DNA of 64,000 nt from the NCBI GenBank assembly GCA_026014495.1, contig JAOZIF010000131.1:206-64205 (forward strand), read 5' to 3'. The notes beneath the pieces are model-generated. The model saw only the letters and a list, made by a program, of their open reading frames with translations, had not been told where the DNA came from and ran no database searches. The translations under genes were made by a program, and so were the position numbers. Below are positions 37,413 through 46,480 of this stretch, in pieces. Position 1 is the stretch's first letter, and every line of letters begins with the position of its first letter. The DNA is from Candidatus Bathyarchaeum sp. Its GTDB lineage: Archaea > Thermoproteota > Bathyarchaeia > Bathyarchaeales > Bathyarchaeaceae.

Positions 37413-38462
37413 GTGAAGGAAAGGCCACTGTTGTACATGATGACTTGGCGCTGTACTCGAGCCTGCAACTATAACTGTTTGTATTGCAGTTTTGGTTCGA
37501 ATCCTTATCCTATAAATGAAATTGACACCAAGGGTGGAATGCGCATAGTTGACGAGCTTTATGAGATGGGCGCAAAATGGTTTGGGCTAAGTGGTGGAGA
37601 GCCCCTTGTCCGTAAAGACATTTTCGAAATTATTGCACACGCTAAAGACCTTGGGATGAATGTGAGCCTCATTTCTAACGGCTACTACGTTAAAGGGGAC
37701 ATCCTTGATCAGCTAATAAAAAACGAGGTCATGACTGCCATAAGCGTTGACGGAACAGAAGCAACAAACGATCTTACACGCGGAAAAGGCTCCTACAAGA
37801 CAGCCCTTAAAGCTATGGAAAAGCTGTCCGATTCCGGAATCTTTGATTGCATTGTAACAACATTGAACAAACGTAACTGCTCCGAAGTGGACCATATTGC
37901 CGAGCTTGGATACAAGTATAATGCTACACGTGTAGTTTATCATAATTATATTCCAGTTGGCAGAGCTCAGGAACATCTGGAACTGGCTCCTACTCCACAG
38001 CAGTATGAGGTTGTTTGGAACAGAATCTACGACCTAATGCAGGAGTATCAGGGAAAACTTAGCATCAATGTGTACTGTCCATTCTTTGCGCGAATCGCTA
38101 AACAAAGAGGCATGCCCAACTTTGAGTACTGGTTTAACAATGTTTTTCTTGGTCAGTGCTTTATTGGCGGCAGGTACATGGGGCTTCTAGAAAACGGTGA
38201 CATCAGGCCTTGTGGTTTTAACGAAGGCTACCGCATGGGAAACATAAAAAACAAGTCGATGACGGACATTTGGACTGAAATGCAAACCTCTGATTTTACT
38301 CTCAAACTCAAGGACAGAAGTAACCTAAAAGGCAAATGTGGTGTTTGTGAGTATCGCGAGATTTGTGGTGGCTGCAGAACCCGTGCAGAAATCTATACTG
38401 GAGACCTGTTTGCTTCTGATCCAGCATGTGCCTATATCCCCAAATGTTTACGTGAAAAATAG
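37413..38462 (+). CDS. Radical SAM/SPASM-domain enzyme, AhbC/AhbD/NirJ-like (paralog 2)
   Basis: CNYNCLYC, GGEPLV, KGKCGVCEYREICGGCRTRAE; start uncertain (GTG 37347, GTG 37413, ATG 37434); 37413 chosen by alignment with paralog 3 N-terminus. Confidence 0.85.
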   Translation: MKERPLLYMMTWRCTRACNYNCLYCSFGSNPYPINEIDTKGGMRIVDELYEMGAKWFGLSGGEPLVRKDIFEIIAHAKDLGMNVSLISNGYYVKGDILDQLIKNEVMTAISVDGTEATNDLTRGKGSYKTALKAMEKLSDSGIFDCIVTTLNKRNCSEVDHIAELGYKYNATRVVYHNYIPVGRAQEHLELAPTPQQYEVVWNRIYDLMQEYQGKLSINVYCPFFARIAKQRGMPNFEYWFNNVFLGQCFIGGRYMGLLENGDIRPCGFNEGYRMGNIKNKSMTDIWTEMQTSDFTLKLKDRSNLKGKCGVCEYREICGGCRTRAEIYTGDLFASDPACAYIPKCLREK

Positions 38463-38491
38463 TGTTGATTGTGCTGCCTCGATTGCTGATG

Positions 38492-40777
38492 TTACCTTTT
38501 TGTTGTGTATACTGTGGCTCTGCCGTTGTCGTAGATTTTGTCTAAAGCAGGTGTTGCTTGGATGTTTGATACGACTTGTTGAGTGTCGATGGCTACGAAT
38601 TTAATGTCATATTCTTCGATGTATGTGAGAAAGTCTCTTCCTTGAACTGTGAGGCCAGTTTGTGCTTCAAGCTGTTGTTTCAATTCTGAGATTGTCCAGT
38701 ATTCAATTTCTTCATTCTCAAAAGCGTGAACAAATACAGAATACGAAACGTCGGCGTAGTTCCACTGGTTTAGATAACCAAGTTCATAGCGGGCTCTTAA
38801 CGCGTCTATCCTTTGATCATCTAAGGCACCTAAGATGGTCCAGTCTGGTTTTTCATCAAATTCAAATGCTGCAACAACACCGTTTTGTGCATCAATTATT
38901 GCTGTAACATTTTCGGACAAAATATCTGAGCCCTCTACTACTGCCCAATCTCCTTCTTGATTAGTGGCGTTGTCCCATGGATTTTTCCATTCAAGAACTC
39001 CGGGCACAAGCGCCTCCTTAAAATCCAAAGATGGCTCCAAGTAATTGGTGACTACAAGTTTGACGCTTTCCAAGTCTTTGTAAGTTTGAACATGCCAATT
39101 AATGTCGACTAGAGCGCTTTTGTTTGACATTGTGACCGTTTTTGTTATTGTAAATAGTTCGTGGTTGTATTCCGTAATCAGTTGTGTTGTGTCAGTGGCG
39201 TTTTGGGTCCAGTAAGTTGTTGCAGCCGTTTCAGAGAGTGGAAATTCTATCCATTCGCCAAGAGGGTCAACGTAAATAAAGTTGACTTGCTCGTTGGGTA
39301 TGCTTACGACTTTAGTCCAAATGTTAAAAATTGAAGCGTATATTGCTTGACCTGCGCTTAGGCTTACTGGGTCAAATTCTCGGGTGAGTGTAACAGAGTT
39401 TTCTATTTCGTAAAAGCTGTAAATTACTGACTCTGCTACGGCACTTCTTGAGGAAAGTGGATCGGTTTCTTGTATTGTTCTTATGTCTGAAAAAATGTAA
39501 AACCAAGAGCCAGGGCTTCTTGAGGTAATCACTATGCCGTCTTGGGTTGCGTGTTGTTTTAGCCACAGTCCCGAGTTGTAGTTGGAGATTGAGGCTCTTT
39601 CGTAATGTTGTGGGTAAGTTTCAATTCTTTGAATAAAAGTGGACGCTTGGACGGCAAACAATGAAAAGGTTAGTGTCCAAACAAGAATTTTGAGCACGAT
39701 GATTGGTTTGATGTTTTTTGTGATTTTTGGAACTAGTGATTGTATTAATGTGGGTGTTTTTGAGATTCCAAAGTATGTTGCTACGCCGCAAAGGATTGTG
39801 ATTGGTGTGGCAAAAAAGTAGACGAATCTGGGGTATGGCAAGCTGATTCCAAACACGTATGATTCTGCTAAAATTAATGGAACTACGAGCCAAAAAATAA
39901 TCAGCGTTGATTCTTTTAACATTTTTTTCTTTTTTGCTATGAGTAACATCAAGGGGATTGCTGCTGCTGTTATGAACAGTGTTGCGCCAAGGTTTTTGAT
40001 TAGGGCGTCGACGCCAACTAGGGGTATGTGGTAGATGTTTTCTTGCATTGTGTAGAAGATGTGCTCGATTATGATGTCCGCGTAGTCGATTATGATTCTT
40101 GCGTACCAAGCCAGCACGGCTAAGCCACCTCCCACGATTACTGCGAGAAACGTCAGGAATTTTCTTTTTGACCCAACAGAGTTAATCAAGAAAACTGGGA
40201 CAAACATTATAACAAAAACAAAAGCGGTAAGCTGGTGGATTAATATGAGCGTGAATGTTCCCGAAAAAAGAAGGAACGTTTTTACTTTAAATCCCAAGTC
40301 CTTGTTCATTACGTAAAAAATGAAAGCAATATATGCTAAGCCCATGAAGTTTGCATAGCCTCCCCAAAATATCATCTCGAAAAGCGGAACTGACATAATC
40401 GTGAAGAGTGCTGAGGCAACTGCTGTGCCTGTTCCAAAAAGTTTTCGGCTCAGCAAATACGTAGCGAGCATGAGCATCACGTTGAGTGTTGCAATCATAA
40501 TTTTCAGTATGAATGCTGCAGCCATGGTTTCGGTGGTTCCTGCGAAAATTTGTAGTATCGCTAAGATTGTGTGGAAAAATGGGGGATACCACGATACTTC
40601 GTTGTAGCTAACTCTTTCGTCTATTATGATTTGTTTTGCTTTTGCCAGGTGTACTGAGGGGTCGTTTCCGGGGAGAACTCCTGCTGTCGACATCTGGTGA
40701 AATGTAATAACAAAGAGGGACGATGCGGCGATTAGGATGAAAACCAGTTCGATGGTGGATAGTTTTGGTTTTTGCAT
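38492..40777 (-). CDS. Large polytopic membrane protein with extracytoplasmic C-terminal domain, GT-C-fold glycosyltransferase-like (PMT/ArnT/STT3 superfamily?)
   Basis: 761 aa; about 13 TM in the first ~400 aa; acidic loop-1 motif GNDPSVH after TM1; soluble C-terminal half; paralog of 41417..43645. Confidence 0.55.
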   Translation of the reverse strand: MQKPKLSTIELVFILIAASSLFVITFHQMSTAGVLPGNDPSVHLAKAKQIIIDERVSYNEVSWYPPFFHTILAILQIFAGTTETMAAAFILKIMIATLNVMLMLATYLLSRKLFGTGTAVASALFTIMSVPLFEMIFWGGYANFMGLAYIAFIFYVMNKDLGFKVKTFLLFSGTFTLILIHQLTAFVFVIMFVPVFLINSVGSKRKFLTFLAVIVGGGLAVLAWYARIIIDYADIIIEHIFYTMQENIYHIPLVGVDALIKNLGATLFITAAAIPLMLLIAKKKKMLKESTLIIFWLVVPLILAESYVFGISLPYPRFVYFFATPITILCGVATYFGISKTPTLIQSLVPKITKNIKPIIVLKILVWTLTFSLFAVQASTFIQRIETYPQHYERASISNYNSGLWLKQHATQDGIVITSRSPGSWFYIFSDIRTIQETDPLSSRSAVAESVIYSFYEIENSVTLTREFDPVSLSAGQAIYASIFNIWTKVVSIPNEQVNFIYVDPLGEWIEFPLSETAATTYWTQNATDTTQLITEYNHELFTITKTVTMSNKSALVDINWHVQTYKDLESVKLVVTNYLEPSLDFKEALVPGVLEWKNPWDNATNQEGDWAVVEGSDILSENVTAIIDAQNGVVAAFEFDEKPDWTILGALDDQRIDALRARYELGYLNQWNYADVSYSVFVHAFENEEIEYWTISELKQQLEAQTGLTVQGRDFLTYIEEYDIKFVAIDTQQVVSNIQATPALDKIYDNGRATVYTTKR

Positions 40778-40949
40778 CCAATCGGTTCCTCCAACGTTGC
40801 TGTGTAAGAGTATATCTTTAGTGATGTTATCTTAATTAAAATATCCAATATTTTTTGATGTTTTTGGACTTGCTGTTTGTGTTGTAATATGTCGGTTATG
40901 TAATACATCGGGTTTTCTATCATTTTGGTGTAAGAAACTTTCCTTTTTA

Positions 40950-41207
40950 ATGTTTAGTCATATCTTGCTTCTTAAGGTTGAAGTCATGACGAATCTGTTT
41001 TGTGATTGTTGCGGAGACGCAGTTACTGCGGTGTATCCTTGCAAGTTTGTTTTTCATGACAATTTAACCTGTGAGTTTAACATTTGTTTGGATTGTATGG
41101 AAACCGGAACCCTGCAGATTAACCTCAAGCGTAAGAGGTTGGTTTCTAAGATTCTTCTTAGGTTATCAAAAAGAAATGGTGATGTTTCACAGAAGAGGGG
41201 CATATAA
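40950..41207 (+). CDS. Small Cys-rich protein, hypothetical (possible zinc-binding)
   Basis: ORF with CDCC..C..C..C..C pattern then K/R-rich tail; likely start ATG 40986; weak support. Confidence 0.3.
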   Translation: MFSHILLLKVEVMTNLFCDCCGDAVTAVYPCKFVFHDNLTCEFNICLDCMETGTLQINLKRKRLVSKILLRLSKRNGDVSQKRGI

Positions 41208-41416
41208 GCAAAATTTGTTCGGGGATCAGAACAGTCTGTTCTAATCTATGGAACTAAATTGCTCCTTAGCTTTAGAGTATATGTATGGGGTGACCTAGAG
41301 CGGTGTATTCAGTAAAACATGTAACTGTCAACGAATTAAGTGAGTTAGTTGAAACTATTGCTAGTGTGAATTCAAAAAGCTGCAGTTCATAGTATGCATG
41401 TTTTTTTTGTTGTGCC

Positions 41417-43645
41417 TCATTTTGTTACTTGGAAAACTGCTACGTTTTTGCAGTTGAACACGAGCCGAAAGTTTGGATCTTGCGCGAATTTCATGTAGAC
41501 ATCTTGGTCTCTGCATACAACATATGCGACGTCATAGTCTTCTATCATGTCCATGTAATTCCATGTTGTGATTGGTTTAGCTTCTGCTTTTTGTAGGGGT
41601 GATAATGCACGTTCACCGTACCTTGATGTGCTTTCGTTTGGGTTGTTTAGGTCTTCTGGGTCAAAGATGGTGACTATCATTTCGATGTTTATGCTGCTGT
41701 TTTGTGTGTTGTATATGATTTCTGCGCAGTTTGTGGTGTTCTCCTGTTGCTGTATTAGCGGGTAGCCTTGTGTGAAAAATACTTGACCATTTATTTTCTG
41801 GTAAGAATTGTATGCCCCAATCGAATATGCTGACTGGTCTATTGTTATGTTTTGATCTGCTGTTGTGTGAAGCGTAAACTGGACATCAAACTTGCTGGTT
41901 TGGCTGCTTTGTATTTGGTATGATAACTCAGCAAATCTTACTGCCTGCTGGACTTGAAGCGTTTTTGTAACCGTAAACTGTTCGTTTTCGTATGTGGTTG
42001 TCAGGGTTGTCGAGTCTTCGTTTTGCAGTATTGTGTTTTGGGTTACTTGCATTTCTGTTAAATTGATGGTTTGCTGGTTGTACTCAATTATTGTTTCGTT
42101 GTTCTGGAAATACATCAGAGCAAATGATTCTCCGCTCCATGTTTCTATGCTGAACTCGGGGTTGTGTCGCGACAGGTATGGTCCGTCGTCTCTGACTTGG
42201 ATGTAACCGTTGTCAATGTAGTAGTTTGTGTCTAGAAGAAGTTGCGCATTTTTGGCGACCTCTAGCTCATGAGAATATATCAGAAATTCTAGCCCTGCCG
42301 CGCTGAGTGTGGGTCGTTGTGCGATTCCAGAGAGCCACCATCCATACAGGTGGTCGGCGACTAGAACTGAGCCTTCTGGGGTGTTATTTGTTATCCATTT
42401 TATTGCTGTGTCTTCGGGTTGCTGTATTGTTGTGTAATAGTTTGCTCGTTGCATGGCTTCGTGTGGGTAGATTGACCATAGTGAGGCGGTGATGAATATG
42501 AATGTGGCTGCAGTGAAGACTATTGTTGGAAGTATTTTTTTGATTTTGTTCCATCTGATTTTTGGAAGCATGTTTATGCCAATTGTTGTGTAGCGGCAAA
42601 GATACAGTAAGCCTGCGGAGATTATTATGATTCCAGGAAATTCAATGAAGTACATGAATCTTGAATAATCCGTGTATATCCCAAAGATGTATGCTTGAGT
42701 CATCACCACTGGCACAACAAACCATGCCATAAGCAGCAAACTTGACCTATCGAAGTAACTTTTTCGGGATGTTTTAAGCATTAAAACTGCAGGTATGACA
42801 ACCACTAGTAGTGTCAAAAGTATGGGTTCAACGGTGCGGTTTGCGAGTATCAGGTTCTTGTTGTCCAGTCCTCCAGTGAGGGCTCCTTGCGTTGAAGCGC
42901 CGATGTAAAAGTCAAAGACGCGCAGTATCCACGGCGACACTAATAATATTCCTGCTGCTGCTGAAACCGTAAAGAAGCGCAGCATGTTTGGGATTTTCAT
43001 TTCTTTTAGTTTGCCAAGTTTTCCTATAATCAGAAAAACAAGATAAACTGCAACAATCGGCAAAACCACGGATAGGCTAAAGGTGTGAGTTATGATGAGT
43101 GCTCCAAAAAGCAGCGAGCCTATAACAAGATGAAGGCGGCTTGGTTTGTCGTTGTCTCTGAGGAACAAGTAAAAAATTATTACAATCAAGGAAAGAGACA
43201 CGATGTTGGTGTATCCGCCCCAGCTTATCATCTCGATGCTCAAGGCTGAGATTGAAGCAAAAAATGCTGCGATTATGCCTGCGTTTGGGTTTTTCCACAT
43301 TCTTTTGGCTACACTGTATGCTGGAAAAACTATGATTGAGCTATAAAATGCGGCGGTTATTAGTTCTGCGAGGACTACGGGCATTTGTGTGAACAGGATT
43401 ACGATGGATACAAAGAAGTGGAATCCTGGAGGCGTTGCGAGTTGTTCGCCTCCCATGTGGTATGGGTTCCATGTTGGCAGGGTTCCTTGGTCTAAGATTA
43501 GGTTTATGATGCTACCGTGCAAGCCAATGTCTGAGCTTGGCGGATACGCGTTATGGAAGATGACTGCTGCCCTATACAGGAACGAAAAACAGAAAATCGC
43601 AGCAAGCAACAACAGTCTCTTATTTTTCATCGCAACAACCATCAC
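41417..43645 (-). CDS. Large polytopic membrane protein, GT-C-fold glycosyltransferase-like (paralog)
   Basis: 742 aa; same architecture as 38492..40777; loop-1 motif PPSSDIGLH; ATG 43630 alternative start. Confidence 0.55.
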   Translation of the reverse strand: MMVVAMKNKRLLLLAAIFCFSFLYRAAVIFHNAYPPSSDIGLHGSIINLILDQGTLPTWNPYHMGGEQLATPPGFHFFVSIVILFTQMPVVLAELITAAFYSSIIVFPAYSVAKRMWKNPNAGIIAAFFASISALSIEMISWGGYTNIVSLSLIVIIFYLFLRDNDKPSRLHLVIGSLLFGALIITHTFSLSVVLPIVAVYLVFLIIGKLGKLKEMKIPNMLRFFTVSAAAGILLVSPWILRVFDFYIGASTQGALTGGLDNKNLILANRTVEPILLTLLVVVIPAVLMLKTSRKSYFDRSSLLLMAWFVVPVVMTQAYIFGIYTDYSRFMYFIEFPGIIIISAGLLYLCRYTTIGINMLPKIRWNKIKKILPTIVFTAATFIFITASLWSIYPHEAMQRANYYTTIQQPEDTAIKWITNNTPEGSVLVADHLYGWWLSGIAQRPTLSAAGLEFLIYSHELEVAKNAQLLLDTNYYIDNGYIQVRDDGPYLSRHNPEFSIETWSGESFALMYFQNNETIIEYNQQTINLTEMQVTQNTILQNEDSTTLTTTYENEQFTVTKTLQVQQAVRFAELSYQIQSSQTSKFDVQFTLHTTADQNITIDQSAYSIGAYNSYQKINGQVFFTQGYPLIQQQENTTNCAEIIYNTQNSSINIEMIVTIFDPEDLNNPNESTSRYGERALSPLQKAEAKPITTWNYMDMIEDYDVAYVVCRDQDVYMKFAQDPNFRLVFNCKNVAVFQVTK

Positions 43646-44005
43646 GTAACTATGACTACCTTCTTTTCCAATGAAAACAATTTATTGCTTTCCCAAAACA
43701 CAACCATCTCACCATTCAGATGTAAGATAAATTCAAGGTAAAAACAAAATTTATTAATCAAGATTATTTTTTCGGTAACAGAGTGTCAAGTAAAATTCTG
43801 AATTAACCATTTTTAGGTGGAGACTTATTTCTAATCCTTGTTGTACAACCAAATTCACCGATTAAGACAAAAAGGAGAAACGAGAATTCTAGTAATAGAC
43901 TTGGCAACAAGTGGCGAATCAAATGACACAACATGGCATAACTTACATCTGTAAAATAGTCTCCACGTTGAAACGTGAGAAAATTTGCTATGACTGTGAG
44001 ATATA

Positions 44006-44491
44006 ATGGTAAAACAAAATTGGCGTTACCTCTTATTTCTGATACTGTCACATCACCCCCCAGAAAGATTACATAGAACAATCCGAATAGGATTTAGAAG
44101 AAAACACATCTACCTTTGTTCAAGATGCACTGGAAAAGTTTTAGGAATAATAACGATTTTTTCAGCTAATGCATTTGGACTAAAATTGCCAATCGATTTC
44201 TGTCTTCTTCTTATTTCACTTTTGCCTTTGGTTGCTACCCTTGATTGGTTTACGCAGAGTGCAAAGTTAAGGGAAAGCAAAAACTGGTTACGTATTAGTT
44301 CTGGATTCTTGTTAGGTAATTCTGAAGCATTATTTTTATTGTTAGTAATTGATGGTTTTTTCTTATACGTTTTAGTTGCTTTAGGAATAGCCTCAATTTA
44401 CGCAGTTTTACTATACTTGATTGCAGCTAAAACCAAATGTTTAGATTCATATCTTACTGAAATCAGTCAAATTCAAAATAACTCTGATTAA
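44006..44491 (+). CDS. DUF2085-like membrane protein
   Basis: CSRCTGKVLG motif followed by 3-4 TM helices. Confidence 0.55.
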   Translation: MVKQNWRYLLFLILSHHPPERLHRTIRIGFRRKHIYLCSRCTGKVLGIITIFSANAFGLKLPIDFCLLLISLLPLVATLDWFTQSAKLRESKNWLRISSGFLLGNSEALFLLLVIDGFFLYVLVALGIASIYAVLLYLIAAKTKCLDSYLTEISQIQNNSD

Positions 44492-44593
44492 AAATCTTGA
44501 GCTTTTTACAATACAAAACTTGTGCTAATTGCTGTTCTTAATGATTCTTGGCTTAATTGTTAAGACGTTTAATTGGCATGCATATTAAGTTTT

Positions 44594-44609
44594 GAAAAAG
44601 CTTATATTA
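44594..44609 (+). promoter_or_regulatory. BRE/TATA-like promoter (GAAAAAGCTTATATTA)
   Basis: Recurrent AAGCTTATA box about 41 nt upstream of TTG start 44650. Confidence 0.45.
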
Positions 44610-44649
44610 TTACAACTTTAAACATCTTAATAATCATGGGGGTAAATAG

Positions 44650-44859
44650 TTGACTCAAATCGAAACTAGGCGCTATAGCCTTGCGCTATTAATATGTTTA
44701 GTACTTTTCTGTTGGCCTGCAGCCATCCTCTATTATTTTACTAGACCCAAAATAATTAAACAAATTAATCCACAATTCAATAGAGTTTGCCCTAAATGTG
44801 GACGGATGTTATCTGACAACGTCAAATTCTGTCCCAGTTGTGGTAATGAATTAAGTTAA
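44650..44859 (+). CDS. Small TM protein with C-terminal zinc ribbon
   Basis: 69 aa; one TM then CPKCG...CPSCG; own promoter-like box and GGGG SD. Confidence 0.55.
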   Translation: MTQIETRRYSLALLICLVLFCWPAAILYYFTRPKIIKQINPQFNRVCPKCGRMLSDNVKFCPSCGNELS

Positions 44860-45014
44860 ATCTAAACATACCTTTTTTATTTCGTGACTCGCCGCAGAAT
44901 TAATCGAGTTACACCTTAGGATTCATCACATCACTATTTGTTTCCAAAAAGCCCAAAATCCAGTCGCCGTAGAGGTTGTATTGATCAGACATCAACTAAA
45001 CAAAACGGGCATTC

Positions 45015-45060
45015 ATATTAGGATACTAATAGCAGAACATTGTTGAAAACTAGGTTTTTT
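45015..45060 (+). repeat. Two-hairpin intergenic repeat, copy c (subtype CAGAACATTGTT)
   Basis: TATTAG-GATA-CTAATA, linker CAGAACATTGTT, GAAAAC-TAG-GTTTTT; 33 nt from cobS stop. Confidence 0.7.
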
Positions 45061-45092
45061 CTGTTTTCTTTTGATGCTGCACTTTGCGTTTG

Positions 45093-45836
45093 TTATGCCA
45101 TGATTGCAAGCATTATGATGAGTGCGATTACCCTGTTGATTTCGTTTGTTGCTCCCATAACATCGCCTGTAACACTCTCTAAGGTTTTGTTAGAGTGACT
45201 CGTTAAAACCGCTACCCCCAAGGCCATGCCCACAAGAACAAAGACAAACAATGCCCCAACCAAAACAAAGCCAACCACAGAACATAAAACCACAGACGCC
45301 AACATCTTAGCATCCTTGTTCTCCATAGCCTCAACCACATAATACCCTGAACCCTTGTAAGACGGCTTCTTCCCAAAATACGCCGTCAAAACCATGCTCT
45401 CTTTAGCTATAACCTCAGCAACCACCGCAGCCTTCAAAATATCCAAGCCACCAAAACTTCCAAACGCCAAACCCGTCAAAGCCAAAACAATAACCCCAGA
45501 CGCCACAGCTGCCGCACCAGTAAACATGTCATGCATAACCTCCAGCCTACGCTTCGTGTCGCCCCTAGCCATGGCAGCGTCACTAAAATCCAAAAGTCCA
45601 TCTAAATGATGAAAACCCGTCAACAACTGAAGAACAACCAAAACAAGAAAACCACAAATCAACTCAGGCAAAACAAAACTTGCGCCAAAACCCACAGCCC
45701 CCGCAACGGCTCCAAGAACCAAACCCACAACTGGGCACAAAAAAAAGTACTTAGACAAAGCCTCCATAGACTCCATGCCAATGGGCAAAATCGTCAAGAA
45801 CCCAAACAAACCCTTCAAGCCCTTAATTATCAACAA
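45093..45836 (-). CDS. cobS: Adenosylcobinamide-GDP ribazoletransferase (cobalamin synthase)
   Basis: 247 aa polytopic; FGFLTILPIG, HHLDGLLDFSDA motifs of the CobS family. Confidence 0.85.
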   Translation of the reverse strand: MLIIKGLKGLFGFLTILPIGMESMEALSKYFFLCPVVGLVLGAVAGAVGFGASFVLPELICGFLVLVVLQLLTGFHHLDGLLDFSDAAMARGDTKRRLEVMHDMFTGAAAVASGVIVLALTGLAFGSFGGLDILKAAVVAEVIAKESMVLTAYFGKKPSYKGSGYYVVEAMENKDAKMLASVVLCSVVGFVLVGALFVFVLVGMALGVAVLTSHSNKTLESVTGDVMGATNEINRVIALIIMLAIMA

Positions 45837-45943
45837 GCAACACCTTCAATGGACACATTTCGACTTGAACAAACTATTTCATAAGGCTCTTTTAAGCTTG
45901 CCCAACAAAAAACCCCAAAAAACTATCAGTATATACTGTTTCG

Positions 45944-45958
45944 ACAAAAAGCTTATAC
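45944..45958 (+). promoter_or_regulatory. BRE/TATA-like promoter (ACAAAAAGCTTATAC) for the corrinoid protein/mtrH-like pair
   Basis: Recurrent box about 53 nt upstream of ATG 46011; 12-bp palindrome CAGTATATACTG at 45927-45938 immediately upstream. Confidence 0.45.
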
Positions 45959-46010
45959 GCACGTCTCGCCATAAAGCCCACAGTTATTCAATAAAAAGGA
46001 TGGAATCTTA

Positions 46011-46436
46011 ATGTCTTGGTTAAAATCCATGATGGAAAAAGAACCGCCTGAACCAGAAAACCCCATAGGAATCGTTGTAATTGGCACCCTAGACCCCGAC
46101 GTACACCTAACCCCCAAAGAAATGGTCCGCAAATCACTAACAAAAGCACAATTCAAATGCTACGACGTAGGCAAAAAAGCTCCAGCAGCAGACTTCGCAT
46201 CAAAAGCCAAAGAAGTCAACGCAGACATCATCGCCGTATCAATAAACACAGCACCAGCAAAAAACAACATACCAGCCTTAATGTCAGCAATCGAAGCTGC
46301 AGGCCTAAAAGGCAAAGTCACCATAATGATCGGTGGCGCAGCAGTAGACGAAGATGACGCTAAGGAAATCGGTGCACTATTCGGCGAGACTAGGGAAGAA
46401 GCTGTAGCCCTCGCAAAGAAGGCACTAGGCAAATAA
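46011..46436 (+). CDS. Minimal corrinoid (B12)-binding domain protein
   Basis: 141 aa Rossmann-like B12-binding domain: DVHLTPK (DxH present, Gly of DxHxxG missing), IIAVSIN, IMIGGAAV; no N-terminal helical cap domain. Confidence 0.7.
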   Translation: MSWLKSMMEKEPPEPENPIGIVVIGTLDPDVHLTPKEMVRKSLTKAQFKCYDVGKKAPAADFASKAKEVNADIIAVSINTAPAKNNIPALMSAIEAAGLKGKVTIMIGGAAVDEDDAKEIGALFGETREEAVALAKKALGK

Positions 46437-46480
46437 GTTCAGCGGTTAGTATTCCGCAAAAAAATGAAAAGTGAGCTAGA

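Noticed and set aside
43803-44081. 92-aa minus-strand ORF
   Set aside because: It overlaps the start of the DUF2085-like gene and has an implausible composition with no start context.
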